A DNA stretch of 56,254 nt from Myxococcales bacterium (GTDB taxonomy: Bacteria; Myxococcota; Myxococcia; Myxococcales; 40CM-4-68-19), in NCBI GenBank assembly GCA_036393835.1, contig DASWGI010000112.1, positions 1-56,254 on the forward strand. The letters are read 5' to 3'. The position numbers and the translations under genes are program-made. Positions 28,791 through 38,140 of the stretch are shown here, one piece after another. Below the pieces are notes generated by a model. It had not been told where the DNA came from and made no database searches. It saw only the letters and a program-made list of their open reading frames with translations. Within the stretch, counting starts at the first letter, position 1. Each line of letters begins with the position of its first letter.

Positions 28791-28825
28791 CCGCCGCCGT
28801 ATTCGGCGGCGCTACGATTTTCGAT
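28787..28825 (-). repeat. dispersed GC-hairpin element, copy B (inverted); acts as U-tract terminator for the + gene and contains both convergent stop codons
   Basis: On the + strand: TAG-c-CGCCGCCG-tatt-CGGCGGCG-CTA followed by CGATTTTCGAT. TAG 28788-90 is the + gene stop. CTA 28812-14 is the ferredoxin stop on the - strand. The two stops pair in the stem. Confidence 0.85.
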
Positions 28826-29168
28826 CGCGGACATCGCCGGATGTATTCGGGGCCTCGTAGAGCCGCAGGCGCTCGACCGGCTCGCCGCCGACGAGGTGCT
28901 TCTCGACGATCTCGTCGACGTCCTGCAGGGTGACCCGGCCGTACCAGACGCCCTCGGGGTAGACGACCACCGAGCAGCCCCGCTCGCAGTTGTCCAGGCA
29001 GCCTGCCTTGTTGGCGCGGATGTCCGCGCTCAGCCCGCGCGCCTTCAAGGCCGCCTTGAAGGCCTGGTGCAACGCCTCGCTCCCCTTCTGCGCGCACGAG
29101 CCGCGCGGGTGGCCGGGGCCGCGGTCGTTGAGGCAGACGAAGAGGTGCTTGCGGAAGGGCGGCGGCAT
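28812..29168 (-). CDS. thioredoxin-like [2Fe-2S] ferredoxin
   Basis: 118 aa from ATG 29168. HLFVCLNDRGPGHPRGSCAQKGS...KAGCLDNCERGCSVVVYPEGVWYG. Confidence 0.8.
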   Translation of the reverse strand: MPPPFRKHLFVCLNDRGPGHPRGSCAQKGSEALHQAFKAALKARGLSADIRANKAGCLDNCERGCSVVVYPEGVWYGRVTLQDVDEIVEKHLVGGEPVERLRLYEAPNTSGDVRDRKS

Positions 29169-29169
29169 G

Positions 29170-29859
29170 TCAGTCCTGCTCCAGCGCGGCGCGGAAGGCA
29201 GCGGCCGGGTCGGGCGCGGCGCCGATCGCCTCGTCGAGCAAGGCATCGGCGCGGCGGCGCACCGCGGCGGCGGGATCCAGCGCCAGCACCAGCACGCGCC
29301 GGGGGACGGCGGCGAAGAGCTCCTCGCCGCCGCGTGCCAGCGCGACGGCGGCGGCGCGAGCGGCGGCGGCGCGCTGCACCTCCTCGGACGTCTCGCAGAC
29401 GACGCAGGCGGCCATGTGCGTCGCCCGGGCGGCGCCGCACAGCCGCTCGAGCTGCTCGCCGGGCAGGAGCGCCGCATGGAGCAGCACCGCGTCGGCCCCT
29501 GCCGCGCGCGACTCGTAGACCTGGAACTCTTCCAGCAGGAGGTCGCAGCGCAGCACCGGGACCGAGACCGCCTGGGCCGCCTGCGCGAGCGCCGGAAGCT
29601 CGGCCTGCGGATCGCCGACGGAAATGGCGAGCGCGGCGACCTCCGCCTCGTCGAGGGCGCGCGCCGCCTCCGTCAGCCCCGGGCGCGACGCGGCGAGAAG
29701 AGGGACGTGCTCCACCGCCTGCCGCTGCCGGTCGATGGCGTGGGCGAAGCTCCGGATACTGGGCGTGATCGACCGCGTATCCGGCCGAGCCGCCGCGAGG
29801 TTCTGCTCCCTCCTCCTCCGCACCGCCGCCTCATCCACCCGCACGCCGACAGCATTCAT
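29170..29859 (-). CDS. indole-3-glycerol-phosphate-synthase-like TIM-barrel protein, catalytic residues apparently degenerate
   Basis: 229 aa from ATG 29859. The backbone resembles TrpC (VPVLRCDLLLEEFQVYESRAAGADAVLL...). The KKASPS, RKDF, EVH and NNRDL positions are substituted. Confidence 0.5.
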   Translation of the reverse strand: MNAVGVRVDEAAVRRRREQNLAAARPDTRSITPSIRSFAHAIDRQRQAVEHVPLLAASRPGLTEAARALDEAEVAALAISVGDPQAELPALAQAAQAVSVPVLRCDLLLEEFQVYESRAAGADAVLLHAALLPGEQLERLCGAARATHMAACVVCETSEEVQRAAAARAAAVALARGGEELFAAVPRRVLVLALDPAAAVRRRADALLDEAIGAAPDPAAAFRAALEQD

Positions 29860-29990
29860 CGCACCGGGCTCAATCGCAATGCGAAAGCGGCAAACGGATT
29901 GCACCACTGAGCACACGGAGAACAGGGAGAAGGCGTGCGAATCCACGTCTCCGTGAGCTCCGTGCCCCCCGTGGTGCGATTGTGTTGAAC

Positions 29991-31385
29991 CTACAAGAGG
30001 CGGAGGAGGCGGGTGCGGATGCCGTCGCGGGTGCGGCCGTCAGGGGCGCAGTTGAGCGCGCGCTCGAGCGCTTCGACGGCTTTGCGGCGGAATCCCTTCT
30101 CCAGGTACAGCTCGGCCAGGCTGCAGAGCGCGGCGAAGTGGGTCGGCCGCAGCTCGACAGCCTTCTCGTACGCGCTCATCGCGCGGAAGGCTTCGCCCGT
30201 CTCGCGCAGCGCCCGCCCCAGCGCGAAGTGGTTGCGCGCCGAGAACGGGTCGTCCTTCGCCGCCTGCTCCAGCGCGCCGCGCGCCTTCGCGGGGCGGCCG
30301 TGGGAGAGGTGCTCCACGCCCTCCTTGTAGCTGGCGTCGGCAGCCTCTTTCTGCTCGGCCGACATGCCTCGCGGGCTCTCCAGCCGCTGGTGCACGCGGC
30401 GCAGCACGTCGGCGAGGTGGAACGGCTTCTCCACGTAGTCGTCGGCGCCGAAGGCCTCCCGGGCATCCTGCGCGAAGCGCCAGCCGCGGTAGACGGCGCT
30501 CATCATCAGCACCGGCACGTTGCGCAGCCGCGCATCGCCCTTGATTCGGCTGCACAGCTCGAACCCGTGCACGTGCGGGAGCATGGCGTCGAGCACCACC
30601 AGGTCGGGCGGGGGGCCCTTCAGCTTCTGCTCCGCCTCGAGCCCGTCCCGCGCGGTCTCCACCGCGTAGCCCTCGGCGCGCAGCGACTTCTCCAAGAGGC
30701 GCAGGATCTCCGGCTCGTCGTCCACCACCAGCACGCGAGCAGGGCCGACGCGCACGGTTTCCTGGTGGACGACCTCCTCGTCGGCGGAGGCGTCCGCGCC
30801 TTCGACCTCGAACGCCAGCGCGTCGATCTCCATGGTGGGGATGTCCACCTCGTCGGTGCGCACGCCGATCTCTCCCGGCCGGATGGCGGCGATGCCGGGG
30901 GGCGCCTCGCGCGAGAGGCCCTCGCCGTGCCAGGACTCCTCGCCGCGATCGCGCGCCTCGTACGCGGCCGCGATCGCCTTCTCCAGGGTGGCGGGGAGGG
31001 CCGCGTACGGCGACACCAGCATCCCGGTGATGAATTGCAGCTCGGCGAGCGTCTCCTGCGTGTACGAGGTGCAGTCGACGGCCACGTGCAGGCGCGCGCC
31101 CTCGGTGGAGAGGGGAAGGAGCAGGTCGGCTTCGGCGACGGGCCGCGGGATCAGCTCGAGCGCGGCGAGCGGGATGGCGGTGCGCGAGAGGTCGGCCGCC
31201 GGCATGCCCGACTGCTCCGCCACGATGGACAGCAGCTCGGGCTCGTTGACGGCGCCGCTCTCCAGCACGCGCTCGAGGAAGGCCGCCGCGGATCCGGGCG
31301 TGGCGGCCAGCGCGCTCCGCATCCACCGGTCCTCGACGTATCCCTTCGAGACCAGCAGCCGGCCGATCTGCTCCGCTCCCGACAA
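29991..31385 (-). CDS. MshEN/T2SSE_N domain - response-regulator receiver - TPR protein
   Basis: 464 aa from TTG 31385. IGRLLVSKGYV...LELIP. Receiver VLVVDDEPEI...LVVLDAMLP...DDYVEKPF. C-terminal TPRs. Confidence 0.85.
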   Translation of the reverse strand: MSGAEQIGRLLVSKGYVEDRWMRSALAATPGSAAAFLERVLESGAVNEPELLSIVAEQSGMPAADLSRTAIPLAALELIPRPVAEADLLLPLSTEGARLHVAVDCTSYTQETLAELQFITGMLVSPYAALPATLEKAIAAAYEARDRGEESWHGEGLSREAPPGIAAIRPGEIGVRTDEVDIPTMEIDALAFEVEGADASADEEVVHQETVRVGPARVLVVDDEPEILRLLEKSLRAEGYAVETARDGLEAEQKLKGPPPDLVVLDAMLPHVHGFELCSRIKGDARLRNVPVLMMSAVYRGWRFAQDAREAFGADDYVEKPFHLADVLRRVHQRLESPRGMSAEQKEAADASYKEGVEHLSHGRPAKARGALEQAAKDDPFSARNHFALGRALRETGEAFRAMSAYEKAVELRPTHFAALCSLAELYLEKGFRRKAVEALERALNCAPDGRTRDGIRTRLLRLL

Positions 31386-31456
31386 CGTTTCCCCCGGGCG
31401 AGAATCCGCGCAGCGAACACGCTAGCACGAGGAACGCGGATCCTCCGTGAGGAAGG

Positions 31457-32445
31457 TCACGCGGCGAAGAGAAAGTCGCGTCCTTCCTGGAACCCGCGCG
31501 TCGCCAGCTCTGCGCGGATGTCCTCCCGCGCCCCCGCCCTGCCCACTGCGCAGAGGATCAGCGCTCCGTCCGGCGCGCGCAGCTCCGCGGGCGCGACGAC
31601 GCGCAGTCCGCGCGCCACGCGCTTGCGCGGGTCCACGTCCCAGAAGCGGCGGGGACGCAGCCCGTGCGCCTCCAGCGCCCGCGCCAGCCGCTTGCCCGTC
31701 GGTCCCGCGCCCCACATGTCGAACGAGCGTTCCCGGAGCGGGCCCGTTGCGAGGTGGTGGGCGCGCAGCTCGGTCATCTGCTCCGGCCTGTACGCCCCGC
31801 CGTTGCGAGTCAGCCGGCCTGGTGAGTCGCGCCACCAGAGCAGGACCTGGGGAACTTTCGCCAGCCGCCACCCGCCCGCCGCCAGCCGGAGCAGCAGGTC
31901 CCAGTCCTCCGCCCACCCGGCGTCGCGCCAGCCCCCCACCGCCTCGAGCGCCTCGCGGCGGAAGGTGGTGCTGGGGTGCACCAGCGGCGCCTCGACGAAT
32001 CGCGCCGCGTCGCACTGCTCTGGAGTGACCACGGAGTCCAGCCACGCCTCGAGCCGGGCGAGGCCAGGCGTGAGCGGCCGCGGGAAGCACCGGACGAGGC
32101 TGCCGACCGCGCCGAGCGAGACGTCGCCGGCGAGCATCTCCGCTTGCAGGCGGAGCCGGTCCGGATCCACCAGGTCGTCCGCGTCCATGCGCGCGATCAA
32201 GTCGCCGCGGCAGCGGGCGAGCCCCAGCTGCAGCGCCGCGACCAGACCGCGGCCCTCGCCCGGGAAGACCCGCACGCGCGCGTCCGACTGCGCGAAGTGC
32301 GCCAGCGCCTCGCCCGTCCCGTCGGTCGACGCGTCGTCGATGCAGATCACCTCGAACGGGGGCGCCCCGCGCTGCCGCAGGATCCCCTCCAGCGCGGCGC
32401 CGGCGGTCGCCGCTGCGTTCCGCGCCGGCAAGAGCACGCTGATCA
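31457..32445 (-). CDS. family 2 glycosyltransferase with extra C-terminal Rossmann-like domain
   Basis: 329 aa from GTG 32445. ISVLLPARNAA...VICIDDASTDGT...ARMDADD. Confidence 0.8.
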
Positions 32446-32533
32446 CGGCCGGAGGATATCGCTGTACCGCAATCGACGCCGCGCCGCGGACGGGTTTACG
32501 GGCGGACGCGGTCCGCGCGAATCTCTCCGTGCA

Positions 32534-32752
32534 ATGCCCGCCTTGCACGAGCTGCCGCCTCGGGACCATCAGGGGACCTTGCGGGCGGTCGTCGAGGCGC
32601 CCAAGGGCGCGCGCGTGAAGACCAAGTGGGATCCGAAGCTGGACACCACCTTCTTCACCGACAAGGACGCGCGCTCGCTGGGGTTCGCGGGACCGGGCGC
32701 GGCGCGGCGGCTGGTCCACGACGCCGTGGACGCGTACGAGAGGAAGCGGTGA
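32534..32752 (+). CDS. 72-aa inorganic-pyrophosphatase-like remnant lacking the catalytic core
   Basis: The N-terminus LRAVVEAPKGARVKTKWDPKLDTTFF resembles the family-I PPase (V)IEIPxGSxxKYExD strand. The C-terminus AARRLVHDAVDAYERKR resembles the PPase terminal helix. About 100 aa of core are absent. GTGA overlap with CHAD. Confidence 0.45.
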   Translation: MPALHELPPRDHQGTLRAVVEAPKGARVKTKWDPKLDTTFFTDKDARSLGFAGPGAARRLVHDAVDAYERKR

Positions 32753-33549
32753 CGCGGCCGGCAAAGGTGTCGGGGCTGCGCGCGGAGACGCCCCTGCGCG
32801 CCGCCGCCGAGCAGCTGCTGCACGCGCGGCTGGCCGACGTGCGCGCGGCGGAAGCGCGTGCCGCGCGGCGGCTGGATGCGAAGACCGTCCACGATCTGCG
32901 GGTCGCCTGCCGCAGGCTCCGCGCAGCCGTGAAGATGTTCGGCAAGAAGCGGCTGCGGGCGCTGGACGGCCGCATCGAGCGCCTGCAGGACGCGCTGGGG
33001 GAGGTGCGCGATCTGCAACTGCAGCTGCGCTGGCTTGCGCGCCACCGCGCCGACGTCCGAGAGGTCGGGAGGCGCCTGCGCGACGCCGAGGCCCGCCTGC
33101 GCCTCGTGCTCGCGCTCTGGACGCGCCGGTCGGAGCCGCTGCTCCTGCGCGCTTTGACTGGCGTGCACGCCGGGGGCCGCCTGGGAGGCTCGCGGACCCG
33201 CAAGCGGCTGCGGAAGCGGATCGACAGGCTGGAAGAGGCTCTCGCCGGCGCGGAGCGGCTCGAGCCGCGCGAGGCGCACCTGCTCCGCATCGCGGCGAAG
33301 AAGCTGCGCTACGACGCCGAGCTCTTGCGGAATGCCTTCGACCTCGCGGGCGCGATCGCAGTGTTGTCCGAGGTGCAGAGCGCGCTGGGAGAGCTGCACG
33401 ATGCCGACGTGGGTCTCGAGAGGGTGCGGGCGAAGCCACGGCTCGCGCGTGCCGCGCGCGCGGAGCGCTCGCGGATCACCGCTCTCGCGCGGCGCAGCGT
33501 GCGTCGCGCGAAGCTGCTCTGCTCGAGGCTCCGGAAGGAACGGCTGTGA
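32749..33549 (+). CDS. CHAD-domain protein (polyphosphate-granule associated family)
   Basis: 266 aa from GTG 32749. VHDLRVACRRLRAAVKMF...LLRIAAKKLRYDAELL...LGELHDADV. Confidence 0.8.
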   Translation: MTRPAKVSGLRAETPLRAAAEQLLHARLADVRAAEARAARRLDAKTVHDLRVACRRLRAAVKMFGKKRLRALDGRIERLQDALGEVRDLQLQLRWLARHRADVREVGRRLRDAEARLRLVLALWTRRSEPLLLRALTGVHAGGRLGGSRTRKRLRKRIDRLEEALAGAERLEPREAHLLRIAAKKLRYDAELLRNAFDLAGAIAVLSEVQSALGELHDADVGLERVRAKPRLARAARAERSRITALARRSVRRAKLLCSRLRKERL

Positions 33550-33672
33550 ACGGTCACCTGGCCGCGGCGAGCGGCGCCGGCGGCACGGGCGGAGCCCGGG
33601 AGAGGAGCCTGCGCAACCCTCCCGCGGTGGCGAGGAATTCCACGCGGCAGCCGGTTCACCGGTTCCGCCGTT

Positions 33673-34329
33673 CTACCTTGGCGCGTCACAGGACTTGAGG
33701 ACGCGGTCGCGGACGAAGAGCGCCAGGTTGTTTCGCCGCGGGCGGATGCGAATCTCCTTTTCGATGCAGCCGCGCCCGAACACGCTCTCGACCAACTCGC
33801 GAAGCTGCGCGGCGCGCAGGAACTGGACGCGGTCGCCGGTCAGGAAGCGATCGCTGAGCCACGCCAATGCGTGCGGTATGCCTGGAATCCGCTCCCATTC
33901 CTTGAGCACGAACCGCCCACCCGGCCGCAGCACGCGCCGGATGCCTTGCAGCAACGGCGCGCGCTCTTCCGGCGTCACGTGGTGCAGCACGTCCGCCAGC
34001 ACCACCACGTCGTACGCCGCCGGCGCCGATTCGGCGATCTGCTGGACAGACGCCTGCCGGAAGGCCGTCCGTGCCGGATGGCCCCGATACAAACGGCCGA
34101 TCCGCGGCGTAATGTCGATGCCGGTGATCGCGCTCTGCGGAAAGCATCTCGCGATCTCCTCCGTCAGCGAGCCCTCGCCGCAGCCCACCTCCAGGACGGC
34201 GTCCGCCGGGCCGCCGATGCGGATCTCCTCCGCGAGCTGGGCGAGATCGACGAAGTAGCCACGGTACAGGCGCCCGATCGGCACCTCCAACGGTCCAAGC
34301 ACGGCGCGGATGCGCGGTCCGAGCGGCAA
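33673..34329 (-). CDS. class I SAM-dependent methyltransferase
   Basis: About 218 aa from TTG 34329 with GGGAGG 6 nt upstream. Motif I VLEVGCGEGSL, post-I DVVVLADVLHH, LRPGGRFVL. Confidence 0.75.
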   Translation of the reverse strand: MPLGPRIRAVLGPLEVPIGRLYRGYFVDLAQLAEEIRIGGPADAVLEVGCGEGSLTEEIARCFPQSAITGIDITPRIGRLYRGHPARTAFRQASVQQIAESAPAAYDVVVLADVLHHVTPEERAPLLQGIRRVLRPGGRFVLKEWERIPGIPHALAWLSDRFLTGDRVQFLRAAQLRELVESVFGRGCIEKEIRIRPRRNNLALFVRDRVLKSCDAPR

Positions 34330-34608
34330 TCCCGACCTCCCGGGTCGCGGCGGCGTCAGCCACCTCGGCAGGTTGCCGAGGCCGGCTGACGCAGACGAGC
34401 TCGATTGTACAGGCTCTCGACGCGCATGCCGCTTTACGGCTGTGGCCGGCGCTGGCGGCCGAGGCGAAACGACGCCCGATCGCAGATCGACAGCCGTGTC
34501 CGATCGTCGCGAATTGTAGTCGCGCGTCGCACCGGCTCGCCTGAAGACGACGAAATCGGCATCCTTGCACGGCGTGTGTCGCGCTGTTAGCGTCGCCCGA
34601 CCCATCCG

Positions 34609-36330
34609 ATGCGCGCGATGTTCCCGCACACAGACGCAAGGCGCGCCCCGCTTCGAACCGAGATCGTGCTTTTCCGAGTCGCGATCGGGGCGCTCGTCCT
34701 ACTGCGGCTCTGGCTCGGTTCCCGGCTTCACGTCACGCCGAAGGTCGCGCCCCACGACGATCTGTTGTTCCTGGATCAAGCCAAAGCGCTGCTCGACGGC
34801 CAGTGGCTCGGCAAGCTCGACGCGCTCACGTTGATCAAGGGTCCCTTCTATCCCCTCTTCATCGCGGCCACCCAGGTGGCCGGCATTCGGCTCATCGCAG
34901 CCGAGCAATGGTTTTACGTCGCCTCGTGCGGTCTCTTCGCGGTGGCGCTGACCCCTTGGGTACCGAGCCGGTGGGGACGCGCTCTTGCATTCGCCGTGCT
35001 GGCCTTCAACCCGATGAGCTTCGCCACCGATCCCGCCACACGGGTGATCCGGGAAGGCATCTATCCCGCGCTCACGCTCGCCGTCCTTGCGTGCTCGATC
35101 GGGCTCGTTGCTCGGATTCATCGATCCCTCGCCGTGCGGACGGCGTGGGCGCTCGGGTTGGGCTTTGCGCTTTCCGCGTTCTGGCTCACCCGCGAGGAGG
35201 GCATCTGGATCGTTCCATCTCTCCTTGCCCTCGCTTCGATTGCAGTCCTGCAGCTGCGCGGATGGCCGGCAGCCCGGGCGAAGACCCTGCTTCACGCCGC
35301 GGTCATTCCGGCGTTCCTGCTGGTGGCGTCGATCGACGGCGTGATCGTGACCAACTGCCGGAGTACTCCGTCTGCGCGACGACCGAGTTCAGCACGGATT
35401 GGTTCTCCAGTGCGACGCGGGCCCTTTACCGGGTGAAGCCGCGGCAGGAAAAGCCGTACTACCTGCTTCCGCGCGAGGCGCGAGAACGCGCCTACGCGGT
35501 CAGCCCCGCCTTCCGCGAACTCCGGCCGTACATCGAGGGCCCGCTCGGCGAAGAGTGGATCCGGTACGGGCCCTGCGATGCCCTTCGAATTTGCGACGAC
35601 CTTGCGGGTAGCTGGGTCGTGTGGTCTGTCCGGGACGCCGTTCGAGATGGCGGGGTACTACCGTGCCGGCGCGGACGCAGTCGCGAGCTATTACAGACGG
35701 CTTGCCTCGGAGTTGGAGGAGGCGTGCTCCACCGGGCGGCTGGAGTGCACCGCCGCGGGGCGCTCCATCCTGCCGCCTTGGCGTGCGGACTACACCGCCC
35801 GGTTCATTCCGACCTTGTTTCGAGCCGGGTGGTTCGTCGCCTCGTTCACAGGGTTCACGCCAGGCAGCGACTCGTCTCGTGCACCGCCGAGAACGCTCGC
35901 AGTGTACGCCTCCGTTCGGGAATTCGACGAGTCCTGGGAAACGCCGCCCGTCCGCAGCATCCTGTCCGCGCTCGGCACCGCATACTCGGCAGTTCCACTC
36001 GCGCTCCTGCTTGCGATCGGGATCTACCTGCTCAGGTGTCGGATCGCTCTGAAAATCCGGAGGGACGTGCCGGTGCTCGTCGCGACGGGATCGATCGCGC
36101 TCGCGATACTGGCGCGACTCGTCCTCCTCACGCTCATCGACGTCACCTCGAGCCCCGGGATCAGCGTCCTGTATGCTGCTCCACTCTATCCGCTGGTGCT
36201 CGCATTCATCGTCCTCGCTCTCGGGCAGGCATGGTGGGCCCGGCAGAGCGCGCACGCCGACCTGCAAGGAGCAAGGGACGACCATGCAAGACCGCCACTG
36301 CTCTTGGCAGGTCCGAAGGGCCCGCCCTGA
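34609..36330 (+). pseudogene. GT-C-like polytopic membrane protein gene interrupted by two compensating frameshifts
   Basis: Protein-like sequence runs in frame 1 (34609 to about 35355), then frame 3 (about 35360-35645), then frame 1 again (about 35645-36330). Frame 1 hits a stop at 35434-36. Confidence 0.6.
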
Positions 36331-36339
36331 CCGACGGCC

Positions 36340-37518
36340 TCACACCCAGCGGCCGGTGCGCGAGGCCTTCAGGATGGAGAGGAAGAAGCTGGAGAAGACG
36401 ATCTCCAGCCCCACCGCGCAGAGGGTGCCGCCGAGGATCGCGAGGTGCGTCGCCTTCGCATCCAAGGCGCCGCCATGGGTTGCGATCCAGCCGGCGAGGA
36501 TCCGCGCATCGACCGTCAGGCCGGCGAGGAAGATCATCGCACCGGCGACGATGCCGGTCTCCAGCCGCAGCCCTTCGAGCAGCCGTTCTGCGCCGGCGCT
36601 CTTGCCGACGCCGTCGAGGACGAACACGGCCTTGGCAAAAAGGCCGAGGATCGAGAGCTGTACCCCGACGATGGCGAGCGAGCTGCCCAGGAGCGCGAAA
36701 TGCGTGTTGAGCTGGTGGCCGAACACGGTCACCCTCGCGAAGGCCACGGCGGTGGCGAGGACGAGCCCGGCGGCCGAGATGATCGAGCCCGGCACGAGAA
36801 ACAGCCACAGGGGGCTGAACAGCAGCATGAAGCGAAGATGGCGCCACCCGTCGCGCCAGGTGCGCAGGTGGGGCCTGCGTCCCCGGCCATCCGGGCGCAG
36901 ACTGGTGGGGACCTCCCGCACGCTCAGCTTCTCCTGCGCGGCGCGGATGATCATCTCGCTGGCGAACTCCATCCCGGACGACCGCAGCGAGAGCCCGCGG
37001 ATCGCGTCGCGGGAGAAGCCGCGCATCCCGCAATGCGCGTCGCTGATCCCCGCCCCGAAGAAGAGATTCAGGATCCAGGTCAACACCGGGTTGCCGAGGA
37101 ACCGGTGGAGCAACGGCATCGCGCCTGGGTGGATGGTGCCGCGGAACCGGGAGCCCATGACCAGATGCGCCCCGGCGCGGAGCTGCGCGAGGAAGGCCGG
37201 GATGTCGCCGAAGTCGTAGCTGTCGTCCGCGTCCGCGATGACGACGTAGCGTCCCCTGGCGGCGTCGATCCCGGCGCGCAGGGCAGAGCCGTACCCGCGC
37301 GAGGGGACATGGATGACGCGGGCGCCCGACTCGCCGGCGAGCCGCTGGGAACCGTCGGTCGAGCCGTTGTCGGCCACCAGGATCTCCGCCGCGATGTCGT
37401 TCGCGCGGCAAGTCTCGCGCGCCTTGGCCACGCAGGCCCCGACGGTCCTCGCCTCGTCGAGGCAGGGCATCAGGACCGTCAGCTCGACTGGAGCGGCTTC
37501 GATCGCGGCGGCTTGCAT
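36340..37518 (-). CDS. GT2 polyprenyl-phosphate sugar synthase-like glycosyltransferase with C-terminal TM bundle (GtrB/ArnC/DPM1-like)
   Basis: 392 aa from ATG 37518. LTVLMPCLDEA...LVADNGSTDGS...IADADDSY. Four C-terminal TM helices. Confidence 0.85.
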   Translation of the reverse strand: MQAAAIEAAPVELTVLMPCLDEARTVGACVAKARETCRANDIAAEILVADNGSTDGSQRLAGESGARVIHVPSRGYGSALRAGIDAARGRYVVIADADDSYDFGDIPAFLAQLRAGAHLVMGSRFRGTIHPGAMPLLHRFLGNPVLTWILNLFFGAGISDAHCGMRGFSRDAIRGLSLRSSGMEFASEMIIRAAQEKLSVREVPTSLRPDGRGRRPHLRTWRDGWRHLRFMLLFSPLWLFLVPGSIISAAGLVLATAVAFARVTVFGHQLNTHFALLGSSLAIVGVQLSILGLFAKAVFVLDGVGKSAGAERLLEGLRLETGIVAGAMIFLAGLTVDARILAGWIATHGGALDAKATHLAILGGTLCAVGLEIVFSSFFLSILKASRTGRWV

Positions 37519-37552
37519 CGACGCCGCAACTCTATCGGCCGGTTTGCGCCGA

Positions 37553-38140
37553 TCAATTTCGCCGCCGGCTGACGGAAATGAATTCGTTGTAGTGAAAAAT
37601 GCGACCGACGGCTCGCGGGAAAGGAAACGAGTACTCCCGCACCGGAAGGAATCCCGCCTGCGCAACCGCTGCGCGGATCTTCGCCAGATCGAAGAACTCC
37701 ACGTGCGTAGGGTCGCTGCGAAACCCGGCCTCCTGCGGCGTCATCACGAGGATGCGACCCTCGGGCTTGAGCAGCGGCACGTGCTCCCGCAAGAGCTGCA
37801 CGAACTCGGCAAAGGTCATGTGCTCGGCGACGTGGGAGAGGAGCATGGAGTCGAAGCGCCCGGCCGCGTGGTGGTGCGAGCGGCGGAACTCCTCCGGCGT
37901 AAAGGCGATGAATCCCGCTCGGCGGCAGGCTTCCACCGAGTGCGGGTTGTGATCGACTCCGACGCCCGCCCCTCGCAAGTGGGACAGGTTGCGCCCCACG
38001 CCGCAACCGACCTCCAGCGTGAATCCGGGCCGCAGGCGCCGCAGGTTCCAGCGATAGGGCGCCTGGACGTCGAGGAGCCGCTTCCAGCGGGCGCCTTGCT
38101 CGCGCAAGAGCCTCCGCGTGTATTCCGCGTCCCTGGTCAT
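37553..38140 (-). CDS. class I SAM-dependent methyltransferase
   Basis: 195 aa from ATG 38140 (ATGA overlap with the upstream GT2 stop). LEVGCGVGRNL...FDSMLLSHVAEH...LKPEGRILV. Confidence 0.8.
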   Translation of the reverse strand: MTRDAEYTRRLLREQGARWKRLLDVQAPYRWNLRRLRPGFTLEVGCGVGRNLSHLRGAGVGVDHNPHSVEACRRAGFIAFTPEEFRRSHHHAAGRFDSMLLSHVAEHMTFAEFVQLLREHVPLLKPEGRILVMTPQEAGFRSDPTHVEFFDLAKIRAAVAQAGFLPVREYSFPFPRAVGRIFHYNEFISVSRRRN

